A stretch of 64,000 nucleotides of DNA, from the NCBI GenBank assembly GCA_965368975.1, contig CBDUPA010000018.1:85999-149998 (forward strand). Direction: 5' to 3'. This DNA comes from an uncultured bacterium (GTDB lineage Bacteria; Acidobacteriota; Thermoanaerobaculia; Multivoradales; JAHZIX01). The position numbers and the translations under genes were made by a program. Positions 46,034-54,800 of the stretch are shown in pieces (position 1 is the first letter of the stretch; every line of letters starts with the position of its first letter). A model generated the notes under the pieces. That model saw only the letters and a list, made by a program, of their open reading frames with translations. It was not told where the DNA came from and ran no database searches.

Positions 46034-47103
46034 ACGCGCATCAGCACCGAGCCCCAGTGCAGACCCGCGCCGAGTGCGGTCAGCGCGACCAGGGAGCCTT
46101 CCGGCGCCTTGCCGGCTTGGCGCGCTTCGAAGAAGGCAAGCGGCAGGGTAGCCGAGGTCGTGTTGCCGTACTTCTGGATGTTATTGAACACCTTCTCCTC
46201 GGGCAGACCGAGAGCCTTGCGTGCGGCCTCGTTGATGCGTAGGTTGGCCTGGTGCATCACCAGCAGGTCGAGATCGTCGGTGCTCAGACCCTGGCGATCG
46301 AGCACTTCCTTGGTCACTTCCGGCATGCGCGTGACAGCCAGCTTGAATACCGCGCGGCCATCCATCACCGGCACCGTCTCTCCCTTCTCCACCATCTCGC
46401 AGGTCACCCACGGCCGCTGCGCCGAACCACCACCAGGCACGTAGAGGATGTCCTTGCTCTCGCCATCGCCATACATCTGACTGTCCAGGATACCGCGACC
46501 ATCGTCGGCATCATGGGAGCGAAAGACCATCGCTCCAGCGGCGTCGCCGAACAGCACCAAGAGGTGGCGAAACTGGGAGTTCCACTCGAATTCCTCGGCT
46601 TCCAGAGGTTCAGCGTCGGCGTCGTAGAGCACCTCCCAGGTGCGATCGGAGAAGGGCATCAGAGCCGTGTGCACATCACAACCGACCAGCAGGACAGTCC
46701 GTGCCGTGCCACTGCGGATCAGCATGTCGACCACCTGCAGGCCGTAGGCGAAGCCGGCGCACTGCTGACGCAAGTCGAGCGCCGGAACCGGTCGCAGGCC
46801 CAGACGCTGCTGGATCAGCGTTCCACTCCCCGGAAAGTAGTGGTCCGGCGTCATGGTGGCGCAGACAATGTAGTCCACCTCCGCACCGTCGACACCCGCG
46901 TCGTCCAGCGCTGCCTTGGCCGCGGCAGCCCCCAGGTCGGCCGAGCCGGTTCCGGGGTCGACGTAGTAGCGTGTCTCGATACCTGAACGTTCCCGGATCC
47001 ACGCGTCATCCGTCTTGACGATGCGCGACACCATGTGGTTGTCGACTTTGTGCGGCGGCACGGCAATGCCGGCTCCAGCCAGCAAGGCACGGGGTTGCGT
47101 CAT
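46030..47103 (-). CDS. fabH: Beta-ketoacyl-ACP synthase III
   Basis: WIRERSGI, QQCAGF (Cys), LFGDAAGA, MDGRAVFK, HQANLRI (His), YGNTTSA (Asn), GAGLHWG. Confidence 0.92.
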   Translation of the reverse strand: MTQPRALLAGAGIAVPPHKVDNHMVSRIVKTDDAWIRERSGIETRYYVDPGTGSADLGAAAAKAALDDAGVDGAEVDYIVCATMTPDHYFPGSGTLIQQRLGLRPVPALDLRQQCAGFAYGLQVVDMLIRSGTARTVLLVGCDVHTALMPFSDRTWEVLYDADAEPLEAEEFEWNSQFRHLLVLFGDAAGAMVFRSHDADDGRGILDSQMYGDGESKDILYVPGGGSAQRPWVTCEMVEKGETVPVMDGRAVFKLAVTRMPEVTKEVLDRQGLSTDDLDLLVMHQANLRINEAARKALGLPEEKVFNNIQKYGNTTSATLPLAFFEARQAGKAPEGSLVALTALGAGLHWGSVLMRV

Positions 47104-47127
47104 GGGCCTCGATCCTCGGCTTGGGGG

Positions 47128-47802
47128 TCAGTCTTGAGGCAGCTCGGACGGCCACAATTGGGGCCGCTGGCGCCGGGGTTGATTGCTCTTGAAGAAGGTG
47201 GTCAGGTCGCCTTCACGGATGAAGTCGTACTTGCGCTTGGGTTCCTCACCGTCCAGGCCTTCCTCCGCATTTCGATCGTAGCGCCAGATGATCAGCGGCG
47301 GTCCGCCGCGGTACGGCGCGATGTCGAAGTCTTCTTCGGAGGGGTCGCCATAGAGTACGTATACGGTACCACGATCGGTGCGGCAGCCCTGGTAGGCAGC
47401 CTCAGTGTAGCGCTCGTCGGCTTCAGCGCAACGCTCGTCGAAGGTACGCTTCAGTGCGTCGTCGCGCCGGCTCCAGAACGCCTCGACGAACTCTGCCGCC
47501 GCCGTGTCGTCAGCGAGTTGCAGGAACGCCTCGACCTCGTCACGATCGGCGATACGGGCGATCGGGCCGACCAGCCACTGTGCATACTCGGGGCCGAGCA
47601 GCGGATTGAGCAGCACTGCCGGGTCGTAGTCGCGCCACTTGCGCGCTGCTTCGACGGAGGATGCGCTGCTCAGCACAAGCGTCACCACGACCAGCAACAC
47701 CTGCAGCGGACCTGCCCGGAAGCCTAACCGGCACCGCCACAACGGGGGGCCGTCAGGGACGACGCAGTAGATCGAGGAACTCTTCGCGCACGGGTCGATC
47801 AT
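47128..47802 (-). CDS. GWxTD-domain protein (variant GCRTD)
   Basis: FVEAFWSRRD, R..EADERY, GCRTDRGTVYVLYGDP; start uncertain. Confidence 0.8.
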   Translation of the reverse strand: MIDPCAKSSSIYCVVPDGPPLWRCRLGFRAGPLQVLLVVVTLVLSSASSVEAARKWRDYDPAVLLNPLLGPEYAQWLVGPIARIADRDEVEAFLQLADDTAAAEFVEAFWSRRDDALKRTFDERCAEADERYTEAAYQGCRTDRGTVYVLYGDPSEEDFDIAPYRGGPPLIIWRYDRNAEEGLDGEEPKRKYDFIREGDLTTFFKSNQPRRQRPQLWPSELPQD

Positions 47803-48466
47803 GGAACACTCCTCGGATCGCAGAGGTGACAGTCACCGCTCCCGGCTTCTTGATGCCCCGCATCTCGACACACAAGTGGCGTGCCTCGATCACCACCATC
47901 GCACCTTGCGGCCGCAGTTTCTCCTCCAGGTACTTGACGACCTGCTCGGTCATGCGCTCCTGCAGCTGTGGACGCTTGGCATAGAACTCGACGATGCGGG
48001 CCAGCTTCGACAGGCCAACAATCCGCTCGCCGGGAATGTAGGCCAGGTGGGCGTGGCCGTAGAACGGCACGAGGTGGTGCGAACACATCGAATAGAACGG
48101 AATTTGCTTCTCCATCACCATCGACGAGTACTCCTCGTCGTTGGGGAAGGTCGTGACCTGGGGCTCGGCGCCCTCCCGCAGCCCCCGGAACATCTCCAGG
48201 TACATCTTGGCAACACGCAGGTCGGTCTCGATCAAGTGTGGCTCTTCGAGATCGAGCTGCAGTTCCTCGAGCAGCGCCCGCACGTGTCCTGCGAGGCGCT
48301 GGACCTGGCGTGGGTCCACGTCGTTGAACGCCTCCCGCCCCTTCAATCTGCGGCTTATGGCTTCCAGTGAGTGCGTCTCCGCCGGGCCGGCGATCGGTGC
48401 ATCCACCTGATCTCTCGCTGCCCGATCTTCGGAGGTGCGGTCTTCAGTATCGCGGTCTGCTGCCAT
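47753..48466 (-). CDS. folE: GTP cyclohydrolase I
   Basis: FYSMCSHHLVPFYG, GLSKLARIV, QLQERMT, HLCVEMRG; GAAGGAG RBS before ATG 48466. Confidence 0.95.
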   Translation of the reverse strand: MAADRDTEDRTSEDRAARDQVDAPIAGPAETHSLEAISRRLKGREAFNDVDPRQVQRLAGHVRALLEELQLDLEEPHLIETDLRVAKMYLEMFRGLREGAEPQVTTFPNDEEYSSMVMEKQIPFYSMCSHHLVPFYGHAHLAYIPGERIVGLSKLARIVEFYAKRPQLQERMTEQVVKYLEEKLRPQGAMVVIEARHLCVEMRGIKKPGAVTVTSAIRGVFHDRPVREEFLDLLRRP

Positions 48467-48704
48467 CGTTTGACTACTCCTTCGCCGCGCTGCCCGCGGC
48501 GGCGTGCGGATCATATCCCAAGGCTCTTGCCGACTCGCTACTCCCGGCAGCAACGAGACCCGACGACGCGCCGGGTATACTACGTGAGCTACGGATGCGC
48601 GGGCCCCGCGGACCCTTCGACCCCGCCCCACACTGGCGGAGCGAAGCCTCTCGAGGTGCCGCGTCATCGCAACGCTCATACATTCGTCAACAGGAGGTAA
48701 CCCG

Positions 48705-48947
48705 ATGAGCCACCGTCTCACGATCGAATACTGCGTCCAGTGAAACTACCTTCCTAGAGCCGCCGGTCTGGCGGACGAGGTTCAGAAGCAATTCGGTATC
48801 CAAGCGGAGTTGATCAAGGGACGCAACGGCGTCTTCGAAGTCCATCTCGACGATCAGCCCGTGTACTCCAAGAAGCAGCAAGGCCGCTTCCCCAATGCGG
48901 GCGAAGTCGAAGGGCTGCTGCGCGATCGACTCCCTGCCGCGAGCTGA
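48705..48947 (+). CDS. SelW/SelT/SelH (Rdx) family selenoprotein, 80 aa, with in-frame UGA (Sec) at 48741-48743
   Basis: AGGAGG RBS; MSHRLTIEYCVQ(U)NYLPRAAGLADEVQKQFGIQAELIKGRNGVFEVHLDDQPVYSKKQQGRFPNAGEVEGLLRDRLPAAS*; family motifs IEYCxxU, GxFEV and GRFP lie on both sides of the UGA. Confidence 0.9.
48753..48780 (+). promoter_or_regulatory. Bacterial SECIS-like stem-loop
   Basis: CCGCC-GGTCT-GGCGG hairpin (48760-48774) beginning 16 nt after the UGA, with G in the apical loop; lower stem CCT/AGG. Confidence 0.7.
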
Positions 48948-49032
48948 CAAGCTCGCAGCGCGGTCGCCTCGGGCACGGTCCTGCGCGGCCGTGCCCCCTT
49001 TCCCCTCTCCTACTCAGGTGGTGCCCCGTCGC

Positions 49033-49572
49033 TCAAGAGCCGTCGCTCGAGAGGAACGGCCTCAAGTACCGGCACCCCTGCCCCGCCGTCTCCCCGACAT
49101 CGATCCCCAACCAACTGAGTCGCTCCATCGCCGTCGGCTGCTCCTGGCGCAGACTGTCGGCCACGCGCTGCCACAACCAGGTGGCGAGTTCCTCCACCGA
49201 GGTGTTGACCAGCGGCAGTAGCAGAACATCGGCAGCTGGGAAGCAATAACGTCGCCGGTCGAAGCGCACCTCGACCTCGTCACCCTCACGGCGCAAATCC
49301 AGCTGCGCACACCGCTCCGGCAACAGCATTCGGCTATCCAGCTCGTCGCACAGCGCGCGGATCGTGCGCTTGAGCTGCTCGAAGTCGCACAGCAAACCGA
49401 GCTCATCGAGCCGGTCGCCGGACACTTCCAGCTGCACCTGGTAGTTGTGCCCGTGCAGCAGTTCGGCGCTACCATCCGGAAAGAGGGTGAAGTGGGCGCT
49501 CGAGAACTTGAAGTCCTCTTTCGCCAAGGAAACGCGGTAACGCGGGGGGTACGACGGCGCTGACGGTTGCAT
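49033..49572 (-). CDS. queD: 6-pyruvoyl-/6-carboxy-tetrahydropterin synthase family protein (QueD-like)
   Basis: FKFSSAHF, LHGHNYQV, DFEQLK, NTSVEELA, VGET; ATG at 49572. Confidence 0.8.
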   Translation of the reverse strand: MQPSAPSYPPRYRVSLAKEDFKFSSAHFTLFPDGSAELLHGHNYQVQLEVSGDRLDELGLLCDFEQLKRTIRALCDELDSRMLLPERCAQLDLRREGDEVEVRFDRRRYCFPAADVLLLPLVNTSVEELATWLWQRVADSLRQEQPTAMERLSWLGIDVGETAGQGCRYLRPFLSSDGS

Positions 49573-49574
49573 CT

Positions 49575-50021
49575 TCAGACTCTGCGCCCCCCCTTGAGCT
49601 TGGCCTGCAGTGCCTCCAACTCGTCCCACTTGCCGGACGCGGCCAGTCCTGCCTGCTCGGGCCAGGTCGCAGGAAAACCGATTCGGATGCCTGCGTCATC
49701 GAGGATCTGACTCACCGCCTCAGGGGTCGAGATCGCAAGGTCAGCGAAGCTGTAGATACCCGCGGCCTGCAGCGTCGAGGCGATCTTGGGGCCGATTCCT
49801 TCGATCTTGCGCAGGTCGTCCGCCGAGGAAGCTTTCTTCGACCTCTTCTCTTGCGGCAGCCTCTGGGGGGACGGCTTCTGAGCCGCTGCATTCGACGAGC
49901 CTGCCAAGGGCGCTACGGTAGTGCCCACAGCCGCCCTGGTGCAGCCGGAGAAAGCCATTGGCAACCAGCGTAGCAGCGTGAGGGGTAAGAAGAACAAGCT
50001 GAGGAGCAAGAGCCGGAACAT
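49575..50021 (-). CDS. Membrane-anchored helix-hairpin-helix protein (DUF4332-like)
   Basis: DDLRKIEGIGPKIASTLQAAGIYSFADLA...WPEQAGLAASGKW...LKGGR. Confidence 0.8.
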   Translation of the reverse strand: MFRLLLLSLFFLPLTLLRWLPMAFSGCTRAAVGTTVAPLAGSSNAAAQKPSPQRLPQEKRSKKASSADDLRKIEGIGPKIASTLQAAGIYSFADLAISTPEAVSQILDDAGIRIGFPATWPEQAGLAASGKWDELEALQAKLKGGRRV

Positions 50022-50129
50022 GGGGGACTCCTTTCGCGTCGAGCAGAATTCGCGCGTAGAACGTCTGACTTCATCGCAACCAGTCGACGGCATCGTAGCA
50101 GGTCACACGGGCTGCGGTAGCATCTCCAG

Positions 50130-51533
50130 ATGGACGCACGCACGACCACCTCGACACTGACTCCGTTGACCTTGGCCCAGCTGCGACTCTGGCTGCAGGA
50201 ACAGGAGTGCCCGGGGCACCCAGTCTTGCTGATCCCACTCACCTGGAAGTTGCGCGGCGTGGTCCGAGCCGACCGCCTGGCAGCTGGCTTCGAGGCTCTG
50301 ACGAGACGTCACGAGGTGCTGCGCACCGGTTTCACCGAGCTGGCGAGAGAGCGCCCGGACGGCCCTACCGCCGAGCCTCGCCAGCGGGTCGCACCCAAGG
50401 CTGTGATCAGCTTGACGTGCATCGACCTCCAGCGCTTGACGCCCGCGGCACGCCAGCGCCAGAGCCGGCGTCTTGGCCTGGTGTTCTCGCGCCAGCCATT
50501 CGAGCTCGCGCATCCGCCACTGCTGCGGGCCTTGCTCCTACGCCTGGAACCGACCGAAGTATTCTTGCTGCTGAGCGCGCACCACCTCGTGGTGGACAAC
50601 GGTTCGTCGGGCATCTTGTTCGAGGAGCTCTCCACGCTCTACGGGAACCCATCGCAGGAACTACCCGTCCCGCCCTCGACGTACCCCGACTTTGCGCACG
50701 AGCAACGCCAGCGCCTGACCAGCGTCGAGATCGACCGCCAGCTCGACGCCTGGCAGCGGCAGCTCGATGGAATCGACGAGCTCGCCCTGGCCACCGACCG
50801 TCCCCGCCCAACACTGCTTCCTGGCGTTCCCGCCGTGCGCGACGGTGCGCGCCTGCACGTCACCATGCCGGGCCACGCTGCAGGCGGCGTGCTGGCCCTG
50901 GCGCGCGCGCAGGCGGTGACCCCGTTCACCGTATTGCTGGCCGGGCTCGGACTCTGGCTGTCACGCTACTGCGGCCAGGCCAAGATCCCGATCGTGTCGT
51001 CGATCGTCCACCGCCACGATGCACGCTTGGCCAGCGTGGTCGGGCTGTTCACGCATCCGCTGCTGATCCTGCTCGATGTCGAAGCTGCCCTTCCCTTCAG
51101 CCAACTCGTGCGCCAGGCACAGTTGGCCTTCCTGGACGCGCTGCAGGCCGACGTTCCGGTGGACCTCCTATGGCGGCGGCGCGACGAGCCGCTGCTGCGC
51201 CATCCACTGGCACGCGTCGGCTTCACGCAGCGTCCAGCTCCCGCTCGTCCAAGAGCAGCCCCTCCGGGAATGGCCGGTCCGGAAGTGGAGACGGGAACGT
51301 CGAGAACGGTGGCTCCCTGGCAGGCGCAGACGGCCGAGCTCACCGTCCAGGCTCCTCGCTTCGATCTGGAGACGCAGCTATGGGTCGACGGCGAGCGGAT
51401 CGAAGGCAGCGCTTACTTCGACGCCGACCTCTTCGACGCAGCAACCGTCGAAAGGCTGCACGACGCCTGGTGGCGGCTGCTGGCGCGGGCATGTGCCGCC
51501 CCGGACTGCCCCGTTTCGTCCCTCGACGACTGA
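50130..51533 (+). CDS. Stand-alone NRPS condensation-domain protein
   Basis: PLTLAQLRLW, RHEVLRTGF, PFELAHPPLLRA, HHLVVDNGS, TDRPRP, VGLF, RFDL, FDADLFD; no A or T domain. Confidence 0.85.
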   Translation: MDARTTTSTLTPLTLAQLRLWLQEQECPGHPVLLIPLTWKLRGVVRADRLAAGFEALTRRHEVLRTGFTELARERPDGPTAEPRQRVAPKAVISLTCIDLQRLTPAARQRQSRRLGLVFSRQPFELAHPPLLRALLLRLEPTEVFLLLSAHHLVVDNGSSGILFEELSTLYGNPSQELPVPPSTYPDFAHEQRQRLTSVEIDRQLDAWQRQLDGIDELALATDRPRPTLLPGVPAVRDGARLHVTMPGHAAGGVLALARAQAVTPFTVLLAGLGLWLSRYCGQAKIPIVSSIVHRHDARLASVVGLFTHPLLILLDVEAALPFSQLVRQAQLAFLDALQADVPVDLLWRRRDEPLLRHPLARVGFTQRPAPARPRAAPPGMAGPEVETGTSRTVAPWQAQTAELTVQAPRFDLETQLWVDGERIEGSAYFDADLFDAATVERLHDAWWRLLARACAAPDCPVSSLDD

Positions 51534-51613
51534 CGCGCGAACACCCTTGGGGGCGGATTGGCTTCTTGTGCCGGAGCCCCGCGATGGGATTGGGCGATCG
51601 TCGAAACATCCTT

Positions 51614-51644
51614 CACCTGACCACCTGAGACCACCTGACAGGTG
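51614..51644. promoter_or_regulatory. CACCTGA triple direct repeat ending in the palindrome CACCTG-A-CAGGTG, upstream of the NRPS
   Basis: CACCTGA at 51614, 51622 and 51632; CAGGTG at 51639-51644; AT-rich tract follows. Confidence 0.5.
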
Positions 51645-51890
51645 ACCCGGCAAGCTCGATATGAGATCATAGAAGTTCGATAGCCGAATCTTCCACTCGG
51701 CCATTCTTATCTGATTTGCATCTTGTATTGATTTCTTTCTCTGGAGGACTATGAGCACCCGCATCACCTAGTGCATCTTGGGGGTCGCCCGCGTCGACCC
51801 GCCGAGGTTTGTGGTTTCCGCACGGAATCCATCGGGGTCCGCCCTGGGTTGGGCGGGGCTGCTGCATGGTCCCAGGAGGGGAGCAGTCCC

Positions 51891-54800
51891 ATGAAAGTCA
51901 AAGACCTGTACAAGCGCATCGCGTCGCTTGCACCGGAGCAGCGTGCGCTGCTGAGCCGCCGCCTGGAAGGCCACGATGAGGTTGCGCTGCCCGGAGAGGG
52001 CCCAGAACCGCCGATCCAGCACAGCGCTGACGGCGAGATCCTCGCTCCGCTGTCACTCATGCAGGAGCGGCTCTGGGTGCTGGACGAGATGGAGCCGGGC
52101 AACCTGGCTTTCAGCTTGCCGATCATGAGCTACGCCATTGAGGGCAAGTTCTATCGCCGTGCCATGGAGCGGGCCTTCACGCTGCTTGAGGAGCGCCACG
52201 ATTCCTTGCGCACGACCTTCCGCAACATCGATGGCACCGGCTACCAGGTGATCCACCCACCGCGCCAGCGCGTGCCGATGCCGATCATCGACTTCGCCGC
52301 CCTCGACGACGACACCTCCTACGCCACCTGGATGAAGATTGCCGAGCGCGCCGGCCGCATCCCCTTCGACCTGCGCAACGGCCCGGTGTGGCGCTGCTTC
52401 CTGTTTCGTGCCGCGCCGGACCAGCATGTGCTGATCATCCTCATGCACCACATCATCTCGGATGGCTGGTCGATGGGCGTGATGTACAAGGACTTGACCG
52501 CCGCCTATGGCGCCCTCAGCACCTCTGCCTCCGCCGATGGCAGCGAGGTGAGCTTGCCACCGCTGCGCTTCCAGTACCGCGAGTTCGCTCGCTGGCAGCG
52601 CGAGCGCTTCCGCGGCGAACGACTGCAGAAAGAGCTCGATTTCTGGCGCCAGGAGGTGGCAGGTGCTCCGATGGTGCTCGAGCTGCCGACCGACCGGCCG
52701 CGACCGGCCAAGCAGACTTTCGTTGGCTTCCGCGAGACGCGCCGCTTCCCCGGTGCATTGATCGACAAGATCCATCAGCGCATGAGCGCCGAGAACGCCA
52801 CCAACTTCATCTTCATGCTGGCGGTGTGGAACCTCTTGCTGTTCCGCCACAGCGGCCGCCGTGAGCTGCTCACCGGCTCACCGATGGCCGGCCGCAAGCT
52901 GCCGGGCACGGAGGACCTGATCGGCTTCTTCGTCAACACCCTGGTGTTCCGCGCCAGCCTGCACCCCCGCATGAGCTTCAGCGAGCTGGTGCAACAACTG
53001 CGCAACCGGGTGATGCAGGTCTACGAGCACCACGAGATGCCCTTCCACGTCCTGGTCAAGGAGCTGCAGCCCCACCGCGACCCCAGCTATCCACCACTGG
53101 TGCAAGCGATGTTCACGGTGCAGAACATCCCGACGCCGAACCTCGAGCTGGGCGACAGCCGAGTGACGTCGCGCCACGTGCAGAACCACGCGTCGCAAGT
53201 CGACGTCATCCTGTTCATCGGTGAGGATGAAGACAAGCGCGTCAGCTACGCGCACCTGGAGTACAACACGGATCTGTTCGATCAGGTCAGCATGATTCGC
53301 TGGTTCCGCCAGTACGAATTGCTGGCCGAAGCCGTCGCCGACGCCCCGGACACGGCGTTGGCGGACTTCGAACTGCTGCCTCCGTCGCAACGCCACCAGT
53401 TGTTGGTCGAGTGGGGCCACGAGCGACGCCTGCAACCGCGGGCCCGGTTGCTGCACCAACTCGGCACACCGTGGGCCGAACACACACCCGACGCCGTGGC
53501 GGTGGTCTTGGGCGACCCCGGCGGCTCCGCATCCGCGGTCCTCACCTACGGCGAGCTCTACCGCCGCGCGGGGCGGCTGGCGCACCTGCTGCAAACGCGC
53601 GACCTGGGCGCCGAAGACCTGGTGGGCGTATACCTCGACCGCCGGCTGCACGTGCCGGTGGCGCTGCTGGGCGTACTGCACGCCGGAGCCGCCTACCTGC
53701 CGCTCGACCCGACCCATCCACACGGCCGTCTGGAACTGCTGCTGCGCGACGCCGGCGTCAAGCTGCTGATCACCGAACGGTCGCGGCAAGACGACCTGCA
53801 GCTGCCCGAAGGCTTGGAGATCCTGTGCCTGGACGCCCCCGAGGTCGAGCAGCAGCTGAACTCGGCGACCAGCCCGTTGCCGGCAACGCCACCTCCATGC
53901 CGCGCCGACCCGGCCAATCTCGCGTACCTGATCTACACGTCCGGCTCAACCGGCAAACCCAAGGGCGTCCTGATCCAGCACCAGCACGTCACGCGCATGC
54001 TACGCGCGGTCGAAGAGTGGTTCGACTTCTCCGCCGCCGACGCCTGGAGCGTCTTTCACTCTTTCGCCTTCGACTTCACCGTCTGGGAGCTGTGGGGCGC
54101 CCTCGCCTTCGGTGGCCGCGCGGTGATCGTGCCGTACAAGGTCAGCCGCTCGCCAGAAGCGTTCTACGCCCTGATCCGCAACACTCGCATCACGGTGATC
54201 AACCAGACGCCCTCGGCCTTCCGGCAGCTGATCCCGGCCGAGGCCAGCGTCGACCCGAGCGGCCGCACGCCGCTACGCCACGTCATGATCGGCGGCGAGG
54301 CGCTGGAGCTGCAGACGCTGCGACCCTGGATCGCCCGCCATCCGGTGCGACCGAGGCTGTACAACATCTATGGCATCACCGAGACCACCGTATTCTTGAC
54401 GCGGCGGCCCCTGCGCACCCGCGAGATCACCGCCGGCGGCGTCGGCTTGCTCGGCTGGCCGATGGTCGACGTACCGCAGTATGTGGTCGACCCGTTCTTG
54501 CGCCTGAGCCCAGCCGGCATCCCAGGTGAGCTGTGCGTCGGTGGTCCCAGTAACGCGCGAGGCTACCAGGGACAGCCAGCGATGACCGCCGGCCGCTTCG
54601 TGCCCGATCCCTTCACGCCAACCTGGCGCTCGCCCAGCGTCGGCGGCGACGGCCGACGACTGTTCAGCACGGGTGCTGCCGGTGAGCGCATGTACCGCTC
54701 CGGCGACCTCGTACGGCGCTGCCACGATGGCGACCTCGAGTACCTCGGGCGGATCGACCACCAGGTGCAGCTGCGCGGCTTCCGCGTCGAGCTCGGGGAG

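Noticed and set aside
48687-48950. 87-aa minus-strand ORF in the track
   Set aside because: Antisense shadow of the selenoprotein gene, which has an RBS and family motifs.
51378-51767. 129-aa minus-strand ORF across the NRPS upstream region
   Set aside because: Overlaps the C-domain gene end and the AT-rich promoter tract; no RBS or motifs.
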